Assembly (NCBI GenBank): GCA_955652585.1
Contig: CATPBF010000009.1
Span: forward strand, 1 to 40,580
Direction of reading: 5' to 3'
DNA length: 40,580 nt
DNA from: Candidatus Dormiibacterota bacterium
GTDB lineage: Bacteria; Chloroflexota; Dormibacteria; Dormibacterales; Dormibacteraceae
Of the stretch, positions 8,015 to 18,910 are shown in pieces. Position 1 is the first letter of the stretch, and each line of letters starts with the position of its first letter. The position numbers and the translations under genes were made by a program. The notes beneath the pieces are model-generated. The model worked only from the letters and a program-made list of their open reading frames with translations. It did no database searches and was not told the DNA's origin.

Positions 8015-9418
8015 TCAAGACGGTGTGTCGAACCCGCTTTCCGGTGTGTTGAGGTAGGGGAACCCAGGCAGGTAGGAGACCGGAGGCGTGTTGGTGGCGG
8101 GGTCCTCGACGTCGTAGATCGCGCCCGCGGCGCCGTCGGCGGTGAACACCCCGGTTCCGTGAACGACCTGGTAAGTGAGCCCGGCTATGGCGCGAAGCTC
8201 AATGGTCACCACGTCGTCGAAGACACGGCGGCCGTTCGGGTAACCCGCGGCATCTCCTCCGAGAAGCCCGAGGATGCTCGGCTTGCTGTTCGGAGCGATC
8301 GCCATGTTCAACCTCAGCATGTCCGCCGGGGTCGAGCCGGTGAAGTTCTGGAAACCGGGGATGATCCCAGGCGGGATGCCGGTGAGCAGGATGGCGACGA
8401 GGTCGTCCCGCACCGCGCTGAGGCCGGCAAGCTTCGGGAAGACGCCCGGATATAGGACCGGCAGCAGCCCTGCAAGCTCAGGGTGCTGGACGTAGTGCAG
8501 GAACTGGGAATCGGACTTCGGCGGCAGCGAGTTCCAGAGGTCTTTCTTGCTCATCGGCACAATGACCTCGTTGAAGAGCGGATTGCCTAGTCGCGAAACC
8601 TGCACCCATGGCCCGCTTTCGACATCTTCGCCCGCGCCGCCCTCTTCACTGTCGTTGCGGATTCGCGCCTGCCGGCGGTACGCGGCTGTCCAGACCCCGA
8701 CGCTCGCTTTGGGGTCGCCTACCCCGCTGAACGTGCTGGATCCGTCTCGCGTCAAGTCGCCGATGGGCACTTGCAGCGCGATGGTGTGAACGTTCAAGTG
8801 CTGGGTCCCGTTGACGCCCGGCGTCACCATCGGCAGCGGGAGCAGGTGAAGATTCTGGAAGGGCCGCAGCGCGCCAAGGTCGAAGATCGAGCCGAGGTCG
8901 ACATAGAAACCCTCCTGGCGCTGGCCGGCGAACACTTTGGTGCCGCCCGCGACGGTGTGGATGGCGCTCTGCACGATCGATGCGTACGCGATCTTCGGCG
9001 TCGACCGCGGTCCCACGTTGCAAGGCGGGCAGGCCAGTCCTGAACCAAGAGTGGTGGACTCGCCGTCGACGATTCGCGTGAGGGAGTAGAACTGCGGGCG
9101 ATTCCAGCTGGCGCTGTCGATCGTCGTGATCTGACCCGTGTTGTAGAGGAACGTGTTGGCGTTCTTGATCTGAGTGTGGAAGCGGAACTGATACGTGACG
9201 TCGGGTCGGGCGTCGCCGTCGTTATCGACATAGATCGCGTAGAGGACGTCGTCGCCGAACTCGAAAAAGTTGGGGCCGCCGTCTGGACCCTCGAGGGGAA
9301 TGTAATTCGCGATCAACGTCACCGTCCTCGAGGCGTCGGGGCTCACGAAGGCGTAAAGGTCCGTGCTGTCGGCGACCGGGTCTTTGGCGATGGCCGGTGC
9401 TTCGCGATGCGAGGACAT
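8015..9418 (-). CDS. DUF4331 domain-containing protein (no signal peptide)
   Basis: The N-terminus MSSHREAPAIAKDPVADSTDLYAFVSPD is the hallmark DUF4331 start. The RBS GGGAGTGAG precedes the ATG. Confidence 0.9.
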   Translation of the reverse strand: MSSHREAPAIAKDPVADSTDLYAFVSPDASRTVTLIANYIPLEGPDGGPNFFEFGDDVLYAIYVDNDGDARPDVTYQFRFHTQIKNANTFLYNTGQITTIDSASWNRPQFYSLTRIVDGESTTLGSGLACPPCNVGPRSTPKIAYASIVQSAIHTVAGGTKVFAGQRQEGFYVDLGSIFDLGALRPFQNLHLLPLPMVTPGVNGTQHLNVHTIALQVPIGDLTRDGSSTFSGVGDPKASVGVWTAAYRRQARIRNDSEEGGAGEDVESGPWVQVSRLGNPLFNEVIVPMSKKDLWNSLPPKSDSQFLHYVQHPELAGLLPVLYPGVFPKLAGLSAVRDDLVAILLTGIPPGIIPGFQNFTGSTPADMLRLNMAIAPNSKPSILGLLGGDAAGYPNGRRVFDDVVTIELRAIAGLTYQVVHGTGVFTADGAAGAIYDVEDPATNTPPVSYLPGFPYLNTPESGFDTPS

Positions 9419-9437
9419 GTCTTATCTCACTCCCAAA

Positions 9438-9716
9438 TCATCGCGACAGGGCCGCCGAGTGCAAGCGCACGGCGAGCTCACGGTCGCGGATGATGAACCG
9501 TTCAGAACCGACGAGGAACGCAATCTCGCCGGTGGCGAGATCCCGCACGTGCGCGATGAACGGGCCGCCAACGATCGCATTGCGCGCGCCGGCCTTTGGC
9601 GCTGCAAGTTGGAGCTTCAAAACGGCGGCCATGCCTGGGACGAGTCCCAGGGTGCCTGCGAATAGGACGCCAATCGAGCTTCGCGTCAAGAATTTCCGAC
9701 GGGTCAGATCCTTCAT
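9438..9716 (-). CDS. small twin-arginine (Tat) signal protein
   Basis: MKDLTRRKFLTRSSIGVLFAGTLGLVPGMAAV gives the T-R-R-x-F-L motif followed by an h-region. A strong RBS, AAGGAGGGG, precedes the ATG at 9716. The track's start at 9764 is an upstream extension. Confidence 0.7.
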   Translation of the reverse strand: MKDLTRRKFLTRSSIGVLFAGTLGLVPGMAAVLKLQLAAPKAGARNAIVGGPFIAHVRDLATGEIAFLVGSERFIIRDRELAVRLHSAALSR

Positions 9717-9826
9717 ATCCCCTCCTTCGAAACCGGATGACTTCGACAGTGGATACGCAGTCATGGAGGGGGAGGATCATCGCGAGGTAGCAAGCGCCTC
9801 GGGCGCGGCTCGTTAGGCTTCCTAGA

Positions 9827-11071
9827 GTGGCAAGGCTGAACGGCCTCGCGGCCTTGGCCGTATTCGTGACCGCCTGCGGTGCGGCTGCCCCGACGGCGGC
9901 CAACTCGCCGTCCCCCTCTCCCAGGTCAACGATCGCGACCCCGAGTCCGACGCCCAGCCCCTCGCTCACACCGAGTGCGGCCCCCCAACCGACGCCGCTT
10001 CCGCAGGTCACCTGCCATGGCGGCGCCACCGCAGGGCCGATGTTTCTGATGGGCGAAGCGTGGACCACCGTGCAGGTGCTCTACGACGTGACGGACCCGG
10101 TGCGTCCCCGACTCCTCTGCAAGATCGCCAACACTTCGGCGCACCTGTTCACCGGCGACACATTCGAGTACTTGAAGCCGGTGTCGGCGACCGAAACGGA
10201 TGTGATGCTCCACGCGCTCGGGAGCGGCAACGAAAGCCACGCCGGCAAGTTCCCGTTCTACGTGACGACTGGTTCGTGGCTGGCGGACCAGACAGTGATG
10301 GCTTACACCATGCCGCAAGCCCCTGACAACGCCAATTTCCCGGCCGGCGGCACGCAGGTCTGGCTCTACGCGCAGCGACGGACGGCGCTCCTGTACACGT
10401 ATCGGACCGGGATCGGGGACTGCATCTGCCGGTTTGGCCTGCCACCGCCGGTGCTGGCGGTGTCGCCCGACGGCCAGTACGTGGTCGCGGGCTGGATCGC
10501 GGGCAAAGGCTCGGAGCCCTTGGCCCTCTATCGCGTTTCCGACCGCGCCAGGGTGACCTCGTTTGACCCCAGCGTAACGGGGGCCTTCTGGGATCGGACC
10601 GGCCACCGTTTGTTTCTGGTCAGCTTCGCGCCGACCGCCGCCCAATCGTGGACGCCTGAGACCGGCGTGTCCGGGCTGACCGGGGCCGCAGCCTGGTCCT
10701 ACTTGGCGGGCATGTCGCCGAATGGAGGCCAGGTCGCTTACACGGCGTACGTCGACCCGAACAATGCGATCGACCCGCACATCTACGCCTACGACTTGAA
10801 GGCAGGCTCCACCCGGTTGCTGGTCGACCAGCTTCGCACCCAGGTTCTCTTTGTGAAGGATGGTTGGGTCTGGTCGCTCGACGAGCGTCCCTGCTTGCCC
10901 GCCGACCAATGCCCGGGGGCGACCACGCCCACTGGGAGGGTCTATGCAATGGACCTGTCCACCGGGGCGGAGCGGGAAATCACTTGGGGTTTCGGCGACG
11001 ACCCTCATGGGCAGGCCGGAATCTACGGCTGGGGCGTGTTCGCCCCTGGGGAGTTCTGGCCGGCCACCTGA
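9827..11071 (+). CDS. lipoprotein with a Pro/Ser/Thr-rich linker and a probable beta-propeller (TolB/PD40-like) body
   Basis: Signal peptide plus lipobox (LAALAVFVTAC), an SPSPSP/TPSPTPSP linker, then repeated SPDG/SPNG-type blades. Confidence 0.65.
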   Translation: MARLNGLAALAVFVTACGAAAPTAANSPSPSPRSTIATPSPTPSPSLTPSAAPQPTPLPQVTCHGGATAGPMFLMGEAWTTVQVLYDVTDPVRPRLLCKIANTSAHLFTGDTFEYLKPVSATETDVMLHALGSGNESHAGKFPFYVTTGSWLADQTVMAYTMPQAPDNANFPAGGTQVWLYAQRRTALLYTYRTGIGDCICRFGLPPPVLAVSPDGQYVVAGWIAGKGSEPLALYRVSDRARVTSFDPSVTGAFWDRTGHRLFLVSFAPTAAQSWTPETGVSGLTGAAAWSYLAGMSPNGGQVAYTAYVDPNNAIDPHIYAYDLKAGSTRLLVDQLRTQVLFVKDGWVWSLDERPCLPADQCPGATTPTGRVYAMDLSTGAEREITWGFGDDPHGQAGIYGWGVFAPGEFWPAT

Positions 11072-11115
11072 TCGATTCGCCCACGGCTGGGGAATACTGT
11101 GTTGCTGTGAGCGAG

Positions 11116-13617
<2,502 letters not shown>

Positions 13618-13622
13618 CCCAC

Positions 13623-13666
13623 TCTTAACAGGCAGGGTTCTCGTCGTCAGTTTGATTGCGGATGCT
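13623..13666 (+). promoter_or_regulatory. 17-nt box (copy D, 15/17 match) + 21 nt + -10-like GATGCT
   Basis: TCTTAACAGGCAGGGTT begins 5 nt after the lon stop. GATGCT at 13661-13666 is followed after 10 nt by an in-frame GTG (13677) of the DUF559 ORF, with no SD. Confidence 0.4.
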
Positions 13667-14129
13667 GCCGTTTGCAGTGCCGCTATCCCGAGTCGATCTA
13701 GCCCGATATCTGCGACGCACGATGAGCGGCATCGAGTGGGACCTGTGGTCGCGGATGCGCGCCAAGCAGGTGGCTGGTTTCAAGTTCCGCCGCAAGGCAT
13801 TGATCGGACCTTACATCGTTGATTTCGCGTGCCTGTCAGCGCGCCTGGTGGTCGAGATCGGCGGCGAGATGTTCGATCGGTCACCGCCTGGTGACGCGGC
13901 CCGGGCAGCCTGGCTCGAGTCTCGAGGCTTTCGCGTCATACGGTTCACACCCGTGGATGTTGCCGAGCGCCTTCCCCACGTTCTGGACACCATCCGCGTC
14001 GAGCTCGCCGCGCGACCGCGGTTTACGTCGTCCTATGCTCGGAGAGAGCCTAACGGCGCTGGGCCCGGGCCAGGATTTTCTCGTGCGCGGCGATTTCGGC
14101 GGCGTCGTCCAGTGGCGCGAGCTCCGTGA
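13656..14129 (+). CDS. DUF559 (Vsr-like endonuclease fold) protein with a degenerate core motif
   Basis: ARYLRRTMSGIEWDLWSRMRAKQVAGFKFRRKALIGPYIVDFACLSARLVVEIGG...GFRVIRF matches the DUF559 pattern. The start may be 13662 or 13677. The last ~80 nt overlap gatD on the opposite strand. Confidence 0.8.
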   Translation: MRMLPFAVPLSRVDLARYLRRTMSGIEWDLWSRMRAKQVAGFKFRRKALIGPYIVDFACLSARLVVEIGGEMFDRSPPGDAARAAWLESRGFRVIRFTPVDVAERLPHVLDTIRVELAARPRFTSSYARREPNGAGPGPGFSRARRFRRRRPVARAP

Positions 14130-14793
14130 TGCCGCGCCGCGCGAGCGCGCTGGTGACCAGATGGTCGGCCAGGTGCGGGTTCTTGGGCAGCAGCGAGCCG
14201 TGAAGGTAGGTCCCGAGGATGCCCCCCTGGATGCAGCCTTCGGTGTGGTCTTCACCGTTGTTGCCAAAGCCCATGCGCACGCGTCCAAGGGGCTTGGCCT
14301 TCGGCCCGAGGTAAGTTCGGCCGCTGTGATTCTCGAAACCGACCAGGGTTTGCGGTTGGATGTCGGGCAGGTCAGTGTCGACGACCACGTCGCCGATGAA
14401 TCGCTGCTTGCCGGCCTCAGTGCGCACGTCGATGAGGCCGATGCCAGGGAACCGCTCGCCTTCTCCGGTCTGGTAGTACTGGCCGAGCAGCTGGTAGCCG
14501 CCACACACCGCGAGCACGCTGGCGCCTGAGGCCACGGCGCGCTCGAGTGCAGTTTGCTTGGTCTCGAGAAGGTCTTCGTACACGAGCGCCTGCTCGCGAT
14601 CCTGGCCGCCGCCGAAGAAGAAGACATCGACGTCATCGATGCCTTCGGTGGTCCCGCGCCCAAGCTCGATCAGTCGCGCGTCGAAGTCGCGCCATTCGGC
14701 GCGCTTGAGCAGGGTGAGGATGTTGCCGCGATCGCCGTAGATGTTCATGAGGTCCGGGTACAGCCAACCGACGGTTAACGTCTTCCTCGCCAT
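14050..14793 (-). CDS. gatD: lipid II isoglutaminyl synthase, glutaminase subunit (CobB/CobQ-like GATase)
   Basis: Contains LYPDLMNIYGDRGN, the nucleophile context AVCGGYQLLG and a C-terminal YLHGSLLPKNP. It sits immediately downstream of murT. Confidence 0.9.
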   Translation of the reverse strand: MARKTLTVGWLYPDLMNIYGDRGNILTLLKRAEWRDFDARLIELGRGTTEGIDDVDVFFFGGGQDREQALVYEDLLETKQTALERAVASGASVLAVCGGYQLLGQYYQTGEGERFPGIGLIDVRTEAGKQRFIGDVVVDTDLPDIQPQTLVGFENHSGRTYLGPKAKPLGRVRMGFGNNGEDHTEGCIQGGILGTYLHGSLLPKNPHLADHLVTSALARRGITELAPLDDAAEIAAHEKILARAQRR

Positions 14794-14797
14794 TTAT

Positions 14798-16180
14798 CTA
14801 CGTCTCCCAGTAGGGCTTGGCCCAACCGCGCCGGACGAGCTCGGCGCGCAGATCGAGCATCGCGGTGTAAGTGCAGAGCACGTGCGCGGTCTCTCCTTCG
14901 GGCGTGGCTCTGATTAGTGCGTCCAGTGCGAGCGCGGGGTCGGGCTCGGGCGGCGTCGCGATTGGCGCGGTTAGGCCCGCGTACTTGAGCCGTACGGCGA
15001 GGTCATCGGCCCGATTGCCCGCGGGCACCACCACCTGCGCGCGTCCGCGCAAGCGCTCGAAATCGACATCCCAGATCCAGGAGACGTCTGTGCCATCGGC
15101 GCGACGATCGTTCAGGCCGATCAAGAAGTTGCGGCCGCCGGCGAGATCGACCGCGGTCCGTAGGGTTTCGTTGAATCCGGCCGGGTTCTTGGAAAGGACG
15201 AGATTGAGCCTCCGACCCTGAGCCTCGAGGCGCTCCTGCCGGCCGAAAGCCGCGCGAAAGGTGCGGAGGCGTTCGGCGATGAATGCCGGGTCAAGGCCGA
15301 GCGCGTCACCGGCTGCAAATGCGGCGAGCGCGTTGTAGCAGTTGTAGAGGCCGCCCAGCGGCAGCTCGATACGCACGCCGCTGACGCCCATCGCCAGGCT
15401 TTCGAACCCATTGAGGTCGATGTGTGTCGCGGCCAGGTCTGGCACAGGTCGGGCGAAATCTCCATTGGGACAGCGATAGACCCCGTCGTGGCCGACATAG
15501 ACGGCGTCGAACACGAGACTGGCGCCACAACGCGGGCACGTCCTCGCGTCAGCGGCATGGGGCAGCTCGCGCGTCGCAACCGAGGTATCGTCGAGCCCGA
15601 ACCAGAGCGGGGGCCGGTCGAGGTTGAGGCCGATCTCGGCGACGCGAGGATCGTCGGCGTTCAGGACGGCTCTGCTGTCGGCGGGTAGGCGTTTGAGAGC
15701 CGCTTCGATCCTCTTGGCGATCGTCTCCAGCTCACCGTAGCGGTCCAGCTGGTCGCGAAACAGGTTCAGCACGATCGCGGCGCGCGGTTGGATCTCGTCG
15801 ACGGCGCGCTCGAGGCTGGCCTCGTCGATCTCGAAGACACCCCAATCAACTTTTAGTTTTCCGTTGGCGCCTGCCTTTTCCAGCGCGGCTGCGGTCGCGC
15901 CGAAGATGAGGTTGGCGCCGGCACGATTGGACACGACACTGTGCCCGGCGCCTTCCAGCAACCAGCTGATGAGGCGCGCGGTCGTGGTCTTGCCATTCGT
16001 GCCGGTGATGACGATGGCGCCGTGCTTGAGGTCGCGCGACATCTTGCGCAGCACGTCGGGGTCGATGGCGCGGGCCACATCTCCAGGCAGGGTCGTTCCA
16101 CCGCCTAGACGGCTGATCCTCGCGAGCGCGCCTGTGGCCTTGCCCGCCCACACCGCGGCCGTGCGCCGCATCAGGCCCAC
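14798..16180 (-). CDS. murT: lipid II isoglutaminyl synthase, Mur-ligase-like subunit
   Basis: GTNGKTTT P-loop, a Cys-rich insert (CPRCGASL...YRCPNGD) and a C-terminal DUF1727-like region (DGTDVSWIWDVDFE). Confidence 0.9.
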   Translation of the reverse strand: MGLMRRTAAVWAGKATGALARISRLGGGTTLPGDVARAIDPDVLRKMSRDLKHGAIVITGTNGKTTTARLISWLLEGAGHSVVSNRAGANLIFGATAAALEKAGANGKLKVDWGVFEIDEASLERAVDEIQPRAAIVLNLFRDQLDRYGELETIAKRIEAALKRLPADSRAVLNADDPRVAEIGLNLDRPPLWFGLDDTSVATRELPHAADARTCPRCGASLVFDAVYVGHDGVYRCPNGDFARPVPDLAATHIDLNGFESLAMGVSGVRIELPLGGLYNCYNALAAFAAGDALGLDPAFIAERLRTFRAAFGRQERLEAQGRRLNLVLSKNPAGFNETLRTAVDLAGGRNFLIGLNDRRADGTDVSWIWDVDFERLRGRAQVVVPAGNRADDLAVRLKYAGLTAPIATPPEPDPALALDALIRATPEGETAHVLCTYTAMLDLRAELVRRGWAKPYWET

Positions 16181-16926
16181 GCCGCGACGCTGTGCGTGAC
16201 CGTGGTCCAGCAGTCGAGCGATTTGATCGCCTTCAGCGCTTCATCCCGAACCGCAAAGCGTCTGAAGAACGCCGACCCGCTGCCGGTCATCTGCCACTCA
16301 TGACCGAGTCGCTCGGCGAAATCCTTGACGCGGCTGTCGGTACGCTCGGCGGCGCGACGCAGCTCGTTCGGCGGCCGGCCTTTCGTCTCGTCCCATGCAC
16401 CGTAAACGCTTGCGGTCGAGAGTTCGATACCCGGCCAGGCGATCGCATACCAGGCGGGCTCGGTCGGCAGAAGCCTCAGGCGCTCTCCGATCCCTTCGGC
16501 CAGGGCGCACCCGCCGGCGAGAAAAAATGGCACATCGGCGCCGAGTGCGCGTGCGATTTCGTCCAGTTTCACGTCCACCCCATGAATCATTTTCAGCGCC
16601 CTCAACGCGGTGGCTGCGTCCGAGCTGGCTCCTCCAAGACCTGCTCCGGGCGGGATGCGTTTGTGCAGGTGGAAGTCGGTCGGCAGCTCGCGGCCCACCG
16701 ATTGCTCGACGGCGGCGAGGGCCTTGACGACTATGTTGTCGATGGCCGTGGGAACGGGCAGCCCGTCGGCCACAAAAGACGTGCGTCTGGCGGGCGCCGC
16801 CTCGAGGAGATCGTGCAGAGCGACCGATTGCAAATGCGTCTGAATGTCGTGGAGCCCATCGCTGCGCCGTCCGCTGACTTTGAGGTCCAGGTTGAGCTTG
16901 GCGCGCGCGGGCAGCGCGACTTTCAA
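16171..16926 (-). CDS. ispE: 4-diphosphocytidyl-2-C-methyl-D-erythritol kinase
   Basis: N-terminal AKLNLDLKV...R.DG.H and the GHMP kinase loop PPGAGLGGASSDAA. It overlaps murT by 10 nt and the upstream gene by 4 nt. Confidence 0.9.
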   Translation of the reverse strand: MKVALPARAKLNLDLKVSGRRSDGLHDIQTHLQSVALHDLLEAAPARRTSFVADGLPVPTAIDNIVVKALAAVEQSVGRELPTDFHLHKRIPPGAGLGGASSDAATALRALKMIHGVDVKLDEIARALGADVPFFLAGGCALAEGIGERLRLLPTEPAWYAIAWPGIELSTASVYGAWDETKGRPPNELRRAAERTDSRVKDFAERLGHEWQMTGSGSAFFRRFAVRDEALKAIKSLDCWTTVTHSVAAWA

Positions 16927-17447
16927 CTGCGGCTGGGTCGAAGGTTCGCTCGGTACTTGGCGGCGCGGTCCTGGTAGTGCTTTGCAGCAGTGCCCACCCA
17001 GCTCTCCGACGATCCGTCCAATGGCTTCCGCACTGTGGCCGGAACGCCTGCCGCCATGTGGCCGGCAGGCACAGACTTGCCTTCACCAAGCACGGCTCCC
17101 GCCGCCAGCATCGAGCCCGCGCCAAGCCTGCTGCGCTGCAGCATGGTCGCGCCCATCCCCACGACCGCCCCTTGCTCAACGACGCAGCCCTCCAGCAGTG
17201 CGGAATGGCCGACGCTCGCGTTGCGTTCGATCAGCGTCGGTAGGTCATGCGCGCAGTGCACGACCACGTTGTCCTGGATGTTGGCGCCTTCACCGACCTT
17301 GATCGAAGCCTCGTCGCCGCGCAGCACGGCCCCGAACCAAACACTCGCGCCGGCGCCGACCTCAACGTCACCGATGAGGACCGCGGTCGGCGCGATGTAG
17401 GCGTCGGGATGCACGGATGGGCGCTTCCCGCTGAGCTCGAACTCCAC
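16923..17447 (-). CDS. gamma-carbonic-anhydrase-like / LbH (YrdA/PaaY-type) protein
   Basis: Hexapeptide repeats PSVHPDAYIAPTAVLIGDVEVGAGASVWFGAVLRGD...IGEGANIQDNVVVH. Confidence 0.85.
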   Translation of the reverse strand: MEFELSGKRPSVHPDAYIAPTAVLIGDVEVGAGASVWFGAVLRGDEASIKVGEGANIQDNVVVHCAHDLPTLIERNASVGHSALLEGCVVEQGAVVGMGATMLQRSRLGAGSMLAAGAVLGEGKSVPAGHMAAGVPATVRKPLDGSSESWVGTAAKHYQDRAAKYRANLRPSRS

Positions 17448-17454
17448 TGGCCTC

Positions 17455-17460
17455 TATAAT
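17455..17460 (+). promoter_or_regulatory. consensus TATAAT -10 hexamer upstream of rpsT
   Basis: A perfect TATAAT lies 38 nt upstream of the rpsT GTG, in the short region between the divergent gamma-CA and rpsT starts. No good -35 was seen. Confidence 0.3.
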
Positions 17461-17497
17461 CCTAGCTTCGTGCTCTTCTCCCACCTGGAATCGAAAC

Positions 17498-17914
17498 GTG
17501 GCTAAGCGAACCGCATCGGCCAAGAAGCAAGCGCGCGCGAGCGTGCGCCGGACGCTGCGCAATCGGGCAGTGCGCTCAGAGGTCAAGACGAAGATCGTCA
17601 AGGCCCGCCGCTCGCTAACCGGCGGCCCCGTCGCGGAGTCGGACCGCTACGCCATCGCGTTGGAAGCAATACGCGCGCTCGATCGCGCCGCCTCCAAGGG
17701 CATCCTGCACCGCAACAACGCGGCGCGCCGGAAGGCCCGCTTGACCCGACAGCTGGTCAAGCTCGGTGGGGTTCCGGCCGCCGGGGCGGCCGCGGCCCAG
17801 GGCGGCAAGTCCAAGAAGGGCGCGGCGCCGGCCAAGGGCGCCGCTTCCGTTGCGGCCGGCAAGGCCAAGGCCCCAGACAAGAAAGCGGCCGCGAAGAAGC
17901 CCGGCTCGAAGTAG
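17498..17914 (+). CDS. rpsT: 30S ribosomal protein S20 with a Lys/Ala-rich C-terminal extension
   Basis: The S20 core is AKRTASAKKQARASVRRTLRNRAVRSEVKT...ASKGILHRNNAARRKARL. It is followed by about 50 aa of AAGAAAAQGGKSKKGAAPAKG...KKAAAKKPGSK. GTG start. Confidence 0.9.
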   Translation: MAKRTASAKKQARASVRRTLRNRAVRSEVKTKIVKARRSLTGGPVAESDRYAIALEAIRALDRAASKGILHRNNAARRKARLTRQLVKLGGVPAAGAAAAQGGKSKKGAAPAKGAASVAAGKAKAPDKKAAAKKPGSK

Positions 17915-17921
17915 TCCCGGA

Positions 17922-18872
17922 CTACATTCGGGCCAGGAGCACATCGAGACCCAGCTCTGGGTCGATCTGCCCCGACTTCACCTCCCATTCGTAATCGCGG
18001 ATCGCTCGCAAAGCCGCTTCCAGGCTGTTCGGGTCTGTATCGCGGGCGGTCTCGAATGCCTTCTGGAGAACAAAAGGGTGCTCGCTCATCTGCGACTTGA
18101 CGTCGGCCAGCGACTCACCCCGATCCTGTCGAGCGCGCACGGCCAGAACAAGTGCGACGTGCCGCGCCATACGGTAGGCGACCGAGGTCGGCTGGATCCC
18201 GCCCCGGGCAAGCCCGCGAGCGATGTTGAGCGCCTCTGGGGTCGGGTGCGGGAGCAGGTTGTCGGTGAGCTTGAAGATCTCGTCCTCGCGTCCTCCCGCG
18301 AGCAGTTCGCTTATTACCCCGGCAGTCAGCTTCGAGCCTGACGCCTTGTACGCGGCGAGCTTAGCCAGCTCGGAGTCAATCACGGTGAGGTCCGGAGGCG
18401 TCACGCGCACGACCTGGGCTGCGATCGCGGGCGTCAGACCATGATCGTTTGCTCGCTTGGCGGCCCACTCGCCAAGGGCCCTCCCTTTGAGATGCACCAT
18501 TTCCTCGACCGTGCCGCCGGCAGCGGTCACGGCCTTCGCGAGCCGGTTGGTGGCCCCGAGCCGGCCTGCCACTGTGATCAGGACCCGGGTCGTGGCCGGG
18601 ACATCGGCCAGTGCGGGCGCGAGGCTTTCAGCGCGCGCGGCGGGCACCATCGTCGCCGCGACGACTCGATATGGATCGAGGAACGGCGCCTGCAGCACGG
18701 AATCCTGGAGGCGCGCGACGTTGAGGCCCTGGCCCTCCAGGCGGTCGAAGCCAAAGTCGGAGACCAGCTCCGACCGCCAGGCGTCAAGGGTCGTTCCAGC
18801 CTTCTCGTCGACAAGGAAGCGCTCCTCGCCATGGAGAAGGAGGATGGCGACGTTGCGTTTGGGATTCGCCAT
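17922..18872 (-). CDS. holA: DNA polymerase III delta subunit
   Basis: Starts MANPKRNVAILLLHGEERFLVDE at the ATG at 18872. It occupies the conserved position after comEC and is convergent with rpsT. The track's start at 19085 is an arginine-rich extension. Confidence 0.85.
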   Translation of the reverse strand: MANPKRNVAILLLHGEERFLVDEKAGTTLDAWRSELVSDFGFDRLEGQGLNVARLQDSVLQAPFLDPYRVVAATMVPAARAESLAPALADVPATTRVLITVAGRLGATNRLAKAVTAAGGTVEEMVHLKGRALGEWAAKRANDHGLTPAIAAQVVRVTPPDLTVIDSELAKLAAYKASGSKLTAGVISELLAGGREDEIFKLTDNLLPHPTPEALNIARGLARGGIQPTSVAYRMARHVALVLAVRARQDRGESLADVKSQMSEHPFVLQKAFETARDTDPNSLEAALRAIRDYEWEVKSGQIDPELGLDVLLARM

Positions 18873-18910
18873 GTCTGTACTGCTGCGATCGTAACCGCGC
18901 CCTGCGCGTT

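Noticed and set aside
10864-11115. 84-codon N-terminal extension of the lon ORF
   Set aside because: It overlaps the 3' end of the lipoprotein gene. The conserved Lon N-domain begins right after the ATG at 11116.
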